64,000 bases of DNA from Hydrolagus affinis (Eukaryota). This document shows, one piece after another, positions 53,661 through 64,000 of this stretch. The notes beneath the pieces were generated by a model. That model did not search any database. It saw only the letters and a list, made by a program, of their open reading frames with translations, and was not told the DNA's origin. The translations under genes and the position numbers were made by a program. Numbering within the stretch: the stretch's first letter is position 1; the number at the start of each line of letters is the position of its first letter. Location of the stretch: assembly GCA_012026655.1 (NCBI GenBank), contig JAAILG010001035.1:1-64000 (forward strand), written 5' to 3'.

Positions 53661-54789
53661 AGATACACTAGGATATTTTACACTCACTGCCTAAATAACA
53701 ATTGCTGTAGTTTTATAATGGGGAATCCTGTAGGATGTTTAAATTTCACTGTGATTGAAAGGGAACAATGTGGAAACATTAAGGTTATTAGCATGGAGAG
53801 ATAGTGATTTAAGATGCTTGTTATAAAGTTCCAAAATCTTGCATAATCAAAAGTTGTAAAGTGCTGCAAATTGGCCCACCATTATTGCTATGACAACGAC
53901 CTATTACAGCCGACCTGTGATTTTTGGCATAGAAATCGCAAGCAGCTCATTATAAACATGCCAATGATGTAGGTACATGTAAAATAGCATGGATTGGATC
54001 ATATGCAGTGGATTGAGTATACAGTATTATTCAATCTTACAAGTGCTCTGGGACGCTACCCCACCCGTGACAGAGACGCTAAATAAATGCAAGTTGTTGT
54101 TATAATTTTGACAATGTTAGATACTATTAATGGGCAACCCTGTTGTTTTCAAATCCAGGCAGGTCAGGGCGAAACCTTGGGCAAGTTTCCTTACTCCACA
54201 CGCCTAATAATAATCCCTCCAAAAAAAACCACAATAATAAAATTGGTCATTTCAATCCACGACTGTTTGTGGGGACACTGCTGTGCGCAATTGTGCGAAT
54301 GTGCCCATCTGCTGTTTTGGAAGCCATGTGTTCTGCGCAAAGGTATAGAATGGTTCACAGAAGTTGTGGCGATCCCGTGGTGTGTGTGTGTGTGTGTGTG
54401 TGCGTGTGATGAAGTGGTCCACCGGAAATTCAAACTAGTTCACGTCAATCTGTGTTAAATCAATATTTTGGTTCCAGTAGCTACTGATTAACAGTATTTA
54501 TGGTGACCATGAGTCTAGAATTATTCTGTCAAGACAAACTTATTTGATTGGCCTCCCTGAAAGGTTAGCCAACAATGGTCCACAGTATAATCGTAAACAA
54601 AACCATGCTCAGTCAGAAGCACATTAATAGGATTGTCTGTATATCATCTCTTTTTGGAAAGGGAACTGCAAAAAAATGTGTGAGGCTATCACATATCAAA
54701 CTATATTAGCTGAATAATTCATTTGTATTACCACATACCTACAATTTCAGTAGGTGCCTAATTCCCTGTAAGATAGCAGAAGTCCCACG

Positions 54790-55182
54790 TATAAGGCCCT
54801 CCACGGTGTCACTCCTTCCTATCTCTGTGACCTGCTGACTCTATATTAACCTGTCCGCTCCCTCCGCTTAGCAGGCTCTAGTCTGCTCCATGTCCCTGGC
54901 CTGGCCCGCACCCATTGGCTGTCAGGCCATTAGCCTTTCCTCCTCCTCCACCGTTTGGGACTCCATTGTCCATTCCCTTTGACTCGCTCCCTCCCTCCCT
55001 TGCCTCCTTCAAAGCACATCTCAAAATCCTCCTCTTCGACTGCACCTTTGGCCACCCTCCTACCCTCCCTGCTCTCCACCCTCCCCAATCCTGAACCTCA
55101 ACCTCCAAAACCCTGACTGTCTAGCAATTGGGACATACTCCCAATACGAAAGGCGCTATACAAATGGAATTTTTTATTGTAT
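54790..55182 (+). mobile_element. L2-like LINE 3' fragment
   Basis: aaggccctccacgg...ccttcaaagcacatctcaaaatcctcctcttcgac...gaaaggcgctatacaaatg. Confidence 0.75.
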
Positions 55183-56644
55183 TGTAGAAGACCATCCAGA
55201 GAGTTGGCAGTAGTACAAATATATTATGTTAAAATAAGCAAAATTATGTTTAACCGACGCATGGATCCCACTTGTCAATTAAAATTATTTGCAGGACAAT
55301 AAGTGCTAAAAACAAAATCGCAAAGGGCTACTTTAAACCTTGGGGTCAATCAGTTATTGATTAGCAGGATTTGCAAACCTAATTTTGGTTCATAGGTTTC
55401 AATTGAGTCTGTTCTACAGCTTGATACAAAGATTTTTTAAAATTGTTATGAAATTTCTTGAATATAGGTTAATTTTGACTAAAAGATTTATTTTTCTCTT
55501 ATGTCTTTTCAAGTTTGATTTCCTAATCTCCCTTTGTGAGTATATTCAGTATGTTACAATCTCTCTTCGGCCTAATCACCACATACATCCTTCTTCCTCA
55601 GTCAAGAAGTGATGTGCATATACATATTGCTTAGTTATCGGTACATTTCTACTAATAATAATACTCCTTGCACCTTATCAAGTCTTCAAGACGCCTCAAA
55701 GCGCTTTACAGAATCTATTGTAAAGTGTATTGACAGTATATTTCGATAGACTCAAATATTGTTTTGTATATAATTGATGGTTAATCTTGGAAATTAGTCT
55801 GTCTCCCCAACCTCGGGTGTTATTTTCACTTTCCAACTGAAAAAGAAGGCTCACTTCAGCTCCAGTGAATGAGAGAAACAGGAACAATTGAATTTCAACA
55901 ACTTGTAGGTCATAAGCTTTGCTTCCATTTGCAAGCCAATGACATGGGCATGCTGTGTAAGTGCTGCAGTCAGCAGTCTCAAAGGCTCTTGATTGTTACT
56001 AATTACCAGCAGATACAGTTCCCTGGCTCGGCTTGCTGACTTCAGCTAAGTCCCATCAGTTTGAAAGGACAAAGTGACAATGAAATTGACACTTCAGCAG
56101 TGTTCTCCAATATAGTGCAAGGGAGATTGACAAACCTGCAGCCAGCTTCCAGTTTAACTGGCCCATGAGTCAGTTTGCATTAAGAACTTAGGACCAAACA
56201 GATCAAACCGTCGACTCGACTATCAGGAGCATAGAGGAGAACATTCTGAGCCTAGTGAAATCTGACATAAGGCTGGCTGTGGCTTTGGGAAAAAAACGGT
56301 GTTCTATAGATACACGCTTTTTAACGTTGGAAATGCTGGACTGTTTTATCAATCTGCTACTTTGGTAGGTAGTGTGTAGGAGCTGACTGCATTTCTGCAC
56401 AACCGAGGCAGTATAATAATATGATAATAATCCTTGCATTTTATATAGCACCTTATCACGTAAGCAAGACGTCGCACAGCGCCTCACAGAATATGTTATA
56501 AAGTGTAGTGCAAAACTGCAATATGAACTCATTGAATATGAATGCTGTGTGCATCCACATAAGTGTGCACTGTTGTGCCAAGTACAAATAGTGTGAATAT
56601 GGTGTAAAGGATGAAATGCTTCATAACAGATTTGAGAATTGGGT

Positions 56645-57195
56645 GACAGCCTGGCTCTGTTGGATACCACAGTCACTTCTGAGACAGGAAGGTATGGGTT
56701 CTAACCCCACATCAGGATTAGAGCTCACATAGTCTGGTTGACACTCCAAAAATACACGGCTGGGGGTGAGCTGCATTGTTGGAGGTGCGGTGGTGCGGTC
56801 CTTCAGATAAGACATTAATTGAGGTCCCATTCTGCCTGGGCTTAAAAGATCTCACCCACAAATATAAAGTCAATTCACTTTACAGTATATTCTGCGAAGC
56901 GCTTTGAGACATCTAGAAGACGTGAAAAGCGCTATATCAAATGCAAGGATTATTTATTATTATTATCCCATGCATACTTTGAAAAGATTAAGGAGTTTTT
57001 CCTGATGTCCTGGCCAACAATCCCTTAAATAAAAATTGGTCACTCACATATTGAGTGTTGTTTGTAGGACATTTCTGTGCATAAAATGGCCCCGGCATCA
57101 CCATCACTACACTTTACAATGAATCCTGTGACATGCTTTGAAATGTCTTCTCGAAATGAAAGATGGTATGTCAAATTTAAGGATCATTATCATTA
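56645..57195 (+). mobile_element. Deu-domain-like SINE interrupted by a 5'-truncated young SINE (about 56852-56966)
   Basis: Host is split at ttaaaagatc | atcccatg. The insert is the SINE tail with (TAT)n. Confidence 0.78.
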
Positions 57196-57399
57196 AAATG
57201 TCATCAAACCCGTTGCTAATGTAAACTTCCTTCCCCAGCTTCCCAGGTTGTGTCTACTGCTTGATCCAAGATTTCTGTACCACAATTTTGGTTTTCCACA
57301 AGTGGTCCCAACTTTTGTTCCTGACACCCGAAGTGTGATTTCTGTGCCGTTTCACAGGATAACAATTAGATTATCCAGAGAAGTACCATGAAATTAACC

Positions 57400-57751
57400 A
57401 ATCCTGTACCTTAATGGTTAGAGAACTTGCCTCGCAGAGGACCTGGGTTTCATTCTCGACCGGGCAAAGCATTGGGCAAGTTTCCGTATTCCACATGCTT
57501 CTGTTTACCCAGCAGTAAGTAGGACCCTGGTTGGTAGTCGAGTGGCGGATTATGTTTCCGGTGTTAATAACCCCTTCTAAAAAAAGAAGAAGAAATTAAA
57601 TCCACGACTCTTTGTGGGATACGCAATTGACTGCTGTGTTTTGCCCACAAAATATACAATCAATTCACTTTACAGTATATTCTGAGAAGTGCTATGAGAA
57701 GTCTCAAAGATCTGATAATGCAATATGTCAAATGCAAGGATTATTATTATT
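57400..57751 (+). mobile_element. tRNA-derived SINE, long subfamily
   Basis: Contains ctgtttacccagcagtaagtaggaccc plus the standard tail. Confidence 0.85.
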
Positions 57752-60160
57752 AATCATCCCTCAGAAACATTAGTGGCAGCGCAGATGTCTTTGGGCCCAA
57801 CACCTTTGTTGATATTGGAGGTGGGGGGGTGGGAAGGAGTTCACACCAAGGAATTAATGGAAAAATGTAATGCTTGTTATCAAATTTGATAACATATTTG
57901 ATAAGTATTGAATCTCATGGCACAATGTTTTTTTTTTACCGTTATGCCATTTTTCTGCTCAGTTTAATGTTCACAGACATTGTTGATACTTTACTATAAA
58001 TTTACTTTTCTAGTTAGCCTGTTAGGGAATCGGTCATTTCCTGACTCATTCACTGATTCCTGAGACCATACGGTTTTGCTAATTGTGCATGTAGAAATTG
58101 AAAGGAGGATTTAATAATACGTAATAATAATGATCCTTGCATTTGATACAGCACTTTGCACATCTTCTAGAAGTCTCAAAGTGCTTCACAGAATATACTG
58201 TAAAGTGAATTGACTGTATATTTGTGGGCGAAGCACGGTAGCCATGAATGACTACAATTCTAGCTGTTGTGATATGGTTTAATGAGTTAATCACTAAATA
58301 CTGTAGCTGATTAGCATTGACCAGGAAGGCCTCTGGCTTTATTCCCTTGAATCTGTATTATACAATAGAATTTGCATTTATAGAGTGCCATTCATGATGG
58401 CGGAATGTCGCAAAGTGTATCGCACAGGTGACTGTGCGCCTAACCAAGGGTTGGGGGACCTGAGGAGGGTGGGAGGTGAAAATTGCACTTGTCCAGGTTT
58501 ATTCAAACCAACTTCCGTTCCCTGAGCTTACATCAGTTGAGTTTTCTGAAAGCATTTCTGCCCAATCCCTGTGAATGACAGCTAACTCTCAATTCGCCTG
58601 ATAAACTCAATGGCATGGTGCAGAATTCCCCAACCAGACTCCTCTGGAATGAAAAGTTGCTGCAACATCTCAATCAGGGCAACTTGCTGAGGTTTCTAAG
58701 TACTGTAATCAGATAATTTGCGAGGCTCCGAATGTCATGGATCAGAAATTAAGTGATTTTGTTCTCTTTGCTTATGAGGCAACGCTTTTTGTGACAGTTT
58801 GGTTCACTTTACAGGCCTCCTGTTTTGTGGTTCAAAAGATTGTGGGATCAAACCCACAAAGGGATTTAAGTTTACTCTCTAGATTGAGATTTTATTGTCT
58901 GGTTGGAGGTACATATGAAATGCTAGATCCTAACTGCCTGTTCAGGTGGATGTTAAAAGTCCCATTGCAGTATCCGAAAGCTCAGTTCCAACCATCCACC
59001 CACCACATCCCACTAATCTCTGTAACATTAATAATCCTTGGATTTTTGCATTTGATATACTGCCTTATCATATCCTCAAGACTTCTCAAAGCGCTTCACA
59101 GAATATACTGTAAAGTGAATTGACTGCATATTTTGTGGGTGAAAACACATATTGCCACACTTCGCTCTGCACGTTGAGTCTCTACGTGCCTTCACAAGCA
59201 GCAGACTAACTAGAACTCTGCAGCTCGTGTCCTTTCCTGCACTAGGCTCCCCCATTTTATCACCCCATTCATGCTCAGTTCCACTGGCTCCACAGCCCCA
59301 GTGGATTGAGATCAAAATCCTCACCCTATGTTTAAATCTCCCTATGCTCTTGCACTATCATACCTCTATGGCTTACCTCTCTCCACTTAGTGGCCTGCTG
59401 CACATCTCTGCCCTATCCACTCTACCATCAGTGGTCAGGTTTTCAGCCTATCTGCCCCAACTCTGGAACTTCAAGCTGTAGTCCCTTCAACTCACCCCTT
59501 CCATCGCCTTCTTCAAGGTCCACCTCAAGACCTTTCTGTTTCAGTGAGCTTTCTGCCTTTTTTTCTACCATTACCCCCATCCTCCAGCTCCACCCACAGC
59601 TCAGGTGCAAACCTTAGACTATCCAGCCTCTTGGGACATCCTCCTGACATGGGGCGCTATAAAAATGTACAGTTGCAATGCATTATATTCAAAAAAGAGG
59701 GGTGTTTCCCCTGATGTCTTGGTCAATAATATTGCAGACAAGTTGGTCGTTTATCGATATTTTGAGGTGATAGGGCACTATGGAAATGGAACTTCCGTCT
59801 TTCACTTGGTACAGAATGGTTAACTCCTCACTTGCCATGACTGCAGGCCAGCATAGACAGACTCGAATTCTGGTGGGTGGAAGGTATCTTATGCTGAATC
59901 TGAGAAGAACGTTGAGAACTATGCTGAGAGGGGTGAACCATTATGTAACTCACTGACCTGTGTTCTATAAATGTAGAATTGTAAACTCTCAGCTCACAAT
60001 TCCTCCGCTTACCAGTTTGATGGGCACAACAAAATTATACTGGGAAAAACTGTGATTACAAATGTTTGTAGAAGAGTAGCACCCTCTTGTAGAAGAGTAG
60101 CACCCTCAGCCTTATTTGTCTCTGAGAGCAATGACAATTATTGTGTGCTAAGGCATATGC

Positions 60161-60468
60161 TAGGGTCCAGCGATATATCGGTTATATCGATATAATTTTC
60201 ATATCGATATGCCGATATCGGAATTTAAAATACATCAATATATCAAAAAATTCGATATAAAAAAAATCAATATATCGCAAATATCGGTATATCGTGTCCG
60301 GTGATATATCGATATATCGGTATGATGCGGACTTTTTCAAGTTGTGCACCCTCTGAATGCGCGCACATGCGCAGAACAAAAAAACCCGCGATATCGATAT
60401 ATCGGTATATATCAATATGGGCAAACCGATATATCGATATCGGAAAATTTCGATATCGACGGATCCTA
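60161..60468. mobile_element. Non-autonomous hAT-like DNA transposon (MITE)
   Basis: Imperfect TIRs TAGGGTCCAGCGATAT...ATATCGACGGATCCTA, flanking 8-mers gcatatgc and gcgtatgg (6/8, degenerate TSD), and many subterminal CGATAT/ATATCG motifs. Confidence 0.75.
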
Positions 60469-60661
60469 GCGTATGGCTACTAGTCAGTGAAACAATATTG
60501 TCGCTATTTTGTAACAGTCTACAGACAAAGCTTGTCTTGTTTACATGCCCAGTGCAGACCATGCAGAAAGGTGGACGTGATGAGAGTGACCTCATACAGG
60601 CTACAGTCCATCTCACTACAACCATGGAGTAGATCTGGGCTGTGGATGTGTGGATTGGCAA

Positions 60662-60986
60662 TATAATAATAATAATAATAATAATCTTACATTTGATATA
60701 GCCTTTTTCACATATTCTAGACATCTCAAAGCGCTTCATAGAATATACTGTAAAGTGAATTGACTGTATATTTGTGGGCGAAACGCGGCAGCCAATTGCG
60801 CACAGCAGTGTTCCACAAACAATCGTGGTTTGAAATGACCAATTTTATCATTTTTTTTTGAGGGATTATTATTAGGCATGTGGATAACGAAACTTTCCCA
60901 AGGTTTCACCCTCATCTGCCTAGATTCGAATATAGGTCTCACGCTTTTAAGGTGAGTGCTCTAACCACTGAGCTACAGGACTCCAC
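60662..60986 (-). mobile_element. tRNA-derived SINE, full length, short subfamily
   Basis: Reverse complement ending in ctctaaccactgagctacaggactccac. Confidence 0.9.
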
Positions 60987-61224
60987 AGTATAAGAGTTGT
61001 TGCGGTGTTAAGTTTATGCTTACACAGAAAGTGCTGAAGTTTGTATCTCAGCACTCAGTCTATAAACAGCTGAATGACCTTGTCCTATTCCATACTTTCT
61101 TATGTTTATAACCTAGAAATCCAATGTTACATGTGAGTCTTGAGCAATATGAATGAGTTGTGGCAAACAGTCAGTTGGTTATATATTCAAAACAGTAAAT
61201 GATTGAGAATGTCATGACGCTGTT

Positions 61225-61600
61225 AAACATAGAATTACATCAACTGAACAGCACTGAAACAGGCCATTTGTTCCAAATTATCGGTGCTGATAATTTTACA
61301 TGCACACATTTCAGATCCCTCTCTCAATTATCTGTAACCTTCTATTCTTTCTCCCTCATGAACACATGGGATGTATCCAATGATGTATTGATATTTTCTG
61401 CTTCAACCACAGTTTCCAACAGTGAATTCCGTATTCTCACCACTCTCTGTGTGAAGCACCTCTCACTGAACTGTCTGTTAGATTTGTCAGTGGCTTATCT
61501 TCTATTTGATATGCCATTATTATGGACCCATCAGTAAATGGAAACAGCCTATTGATGTCAACATTTATCAAACCCTATCAGAGTTTTTATCTCTATCAGT
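61225..61600 (-). mobile_element. Degraded CR1-like LINE 3' fragment
   Basis: catagaatt...gaaacaggccatttg...gaattccgtattctcaccactctctgtgtgaag, the antisense of an FTQRVVRIxN motif. Confidence 0.65.
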
Positions 61601-61994
61601 TTCCTGCCAAATGTGAACATTTTAGATATAATCCCACAAAATCTACCTAAAAGATTGGCAATTCCAATGTACTTTTGATGATTCACATTTTGTTTAATAA
61701 TAACAACAATCCTTGTATTTGGTATAGTTTCTTATTAAGTCCTACAATTGTATCAAAGCACTTGTAGCATATTAGCTTATGCGTCTGATCAGTTTGTCTT
61801 GATGGATTGGCATGAAAGGTTTCCTACAGCCCATGTGTGAGGCGCAGGCCTGAATTGCGAGATGGATTTGTGGTAAAAAGGGAAACCGGCTGTCAGGAGG
61901 GAGGGTTCCAGACTGTAATCATTTAATCATGTAATCAGAATTGACTTCACTCATCTTTTTGGTAAAGTGATTCATACAAGGTCCTTCATTGGGT

Positions 61995-62870
61995 ACAACA
62001 ACAACAAAATTACATTTGTAGAGCAGAGAGCACCTTTCACATTGGGAGGACGTCCCAAGGTGCTGAACAGTCAGGTCGGGACCCAAGCAAGGGAGAGGGA
62101 CAGGGTAGGGAGGAGGGGCGGGAGAGAGTTAGGAGGGGAGGTAGAGAGTTGGGAGGACAGCAGAAGGCACGGTCGAAGAGGAGGGTCTTGAGACCGGCTT
62201 TGAAGGAGGCGAGGGAGGGAGCGAGGCAAAGGAACTGTGGGATGGAGGTCCAGAGTGTGGGTGCAGAGAGGCTGAAAGCCTGTCTGCCGATGCTAGGGCG
62301 GGTTGGGCGAGAGACATGGAGCAGGCCAGAGCCCGCTGAACAGCAGGCCGGAGAGGTGGTGGGTGAGGGTGGGGGGGGGTGGGGGCAAGGCTGTGAATGG
62401 CCTTGAAGATGAGGTGAGTAGCTGATGTTCAACCCAACACAGATCCTTTAGAACCTCTAGGTGGTTAGAACATTGTAATCTGCCTGGCTGAGGTTTCTCC
62501 TCAGCGAAGACAAATGTCGCGGAGTTTTGAAGTTGTGAAGTATTGTGGAGTGTGAACTTGTGCGCACTGGCTCGTTATCTGGCAGTTTCAGAGAGTGGGG
62601 GTGGAATGACTGAAAGCTCGTCCACCGATAGTGGGCAGGTGTGGGCGGAGGATATGAAGCAGGCTTCGAATGCTCAGGCAGTTGAGTGATAGGAGTTTGC
62701 AGAGGTAGGCTGCATTGGAAAGCGAGGACGCGGAGCATGAGTTCGAGCCCCAAGGGAATAGAGAGCCAGTTGGACTGAGTGAAGACGGAGGCGATAGGCT
62801 CATGGGACTGGTGTGGGAGAGGACACGAGCTGCAGAGCTCTGGGATGGAACAGGAGACTTATCTGTGGAT
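61995..62870 (-). mobile_element. Two L2-like LINE 3' fragments
   Basis: Minus-strand GRQAFSLSAPTLWTSIP...SLASFKAGLKTLLF and IGGRAFSHSTPTL; the (GTT)n tail is at about 61995. Confidence 0.8.
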
Positions 62871-63549
62871 GCCAAAATCCTGGTTGATTTTTATAAAATA
62901 ATCAGTCTCACATTTCCGTGAACCGCTCTGTGATTGTAAGCCAGCGGCAGTCAAACGGTAGAGTGTTTTAAAATTAAAACAAAATCCCATTGCTAACCTG
63001 CAAAAAGTTAAAACCAGATAACAATGTAATTATGCTGCAAAGGTTCCCACAATTAGAATTGTTTTTCATCAGGGATTCCTGCCAGAATGGTTGTGAGGAG
63101 ACCATTTATCTCTAAGCAATAACTCCTCCTGTGACCTACCTTTTGACCCAGTTCTCCTTTGATGTGCTTCATCCACAAATGCAGTCTGATATTCCCACTG
63201 GAGGTCTATTCTGTTCCACAGATGCCCTTTAAGCTCCATTATAAAATCTTCATTTTCATTCATATTTGCTGTGTTTATTGCTAATGAAATCAGTGTTTTG
63301 TTTGCCCAGAACTGCACACTTAAACCAAAGCCTTTGTAAATAAAAAATAATTGAAACAACAACATGAGAAATAATATTCTCAGTGGAAAGAACAATGTCA
63401 TTGCTTTGATGGTAATGTTCGAAAAGAAACCTCAAAATGGCCATTAACATTTTTGTTATTGTTTCGCGATTGTTTTTAATGACCTTCTGAAATGGTTCCG
63501 TGCCAATCATCTTTGATATCTTGGGCAATCTTGTTGCTTATTTGCAACA

Positions 63550-63999
63550 TCCACCCTGATCCATGCTTTCATTACGTCCAGGCTTGACTTTGCTCGCCGG
63601 ACGTCCCAACTCTTCCCTCCACGAGCTGCAGATTATTCTGAACACTGCATCTTGTGTCTTCCCCGCAATAAGCTTTGTGAGCCAATCACCCTCATTTTTG
63701 CCTGGCTCTACTGGCTCTCCATTCCCTAAAGGATCGAGTTCAAGTTCCTTGTCCTCACCTTTAAAGACCTCCATGGCCTTTCCCCTCCCTACCTCTGTAA
63801 CTATTGAAACTTCACTGACCTGTCCCCTCCTTCCCCTCTCCAGGCACTGCTCTGCTCTATGTTCCCTGCCCTGCCTGCTTTGCTATTGGTGGTTTTGGCC
63901 TTTCTGCCCTCCGGAACTCCATCCCAGAACCTTTCAACCTCACCCATTCACTTGTCTTCTTCAAGGCCCATCTCAAGACCGTCCTTTTTAATGATGCCT
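63550..63999 (+). mobile_element. Degraded L2-like LINE fragment
   Basis: atccatgctttcattacgtccaggcttgact (IHAFITSRLD)...ccttcaa-like cttcaaggcccatctcaagacc. Confidence 0.7.
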
Positions 64000-64000
64000 T

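Noticed and set aside
60182-60739. 185-aa ORF rich in YRYIDI
   Set aside because: Spans a SINE tail and the CGATAT-repeat MITE; low complexity.

Overview
This is a eukaryotic, vertebrate-type genomic window lying entirely inside a + strand Pax5 gene (Pax2/5/8 family). Five internal coding exons can be read with canonical AG/GT boundaries and compatible phases: exon 3 (6982-7179, C-terminal paired domain), exon 4 (9648-9712), exon 5 (12762-12893, octapeptide YSISGILG), exon 6 (38007-38182, partial homeodomain) and exon 7 (51613-51739). Exons 1-2 and 8-10 were not found and presumably lie outside the window. The introns are dense in a young tRNA-headed SINE (two structural subfamilies), older Deu-domain-like SINEs, L2 and CR1 LINE fragments, a hAT-like MITE and simple repeats, and there is one 100-N assembly gap. 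The repeat set and protein divergence suggest a cartilaginous fish, possibly a chimaera (inference only). Almost all listed ORFs are spurious or repeat-derived. I found no convincing novel biological system. The best leads are regulatory candidates (an E-box/kB/E-box cluster, a CTCF motif, repeat-free putative conserved elements), a possible cassette exon, a 39-bp-arm hairpin and several observations on retroposon biology. Exon numbering and comparisons with human PAX5/PAX2 are from memory, and repeat boundaries are approximate.
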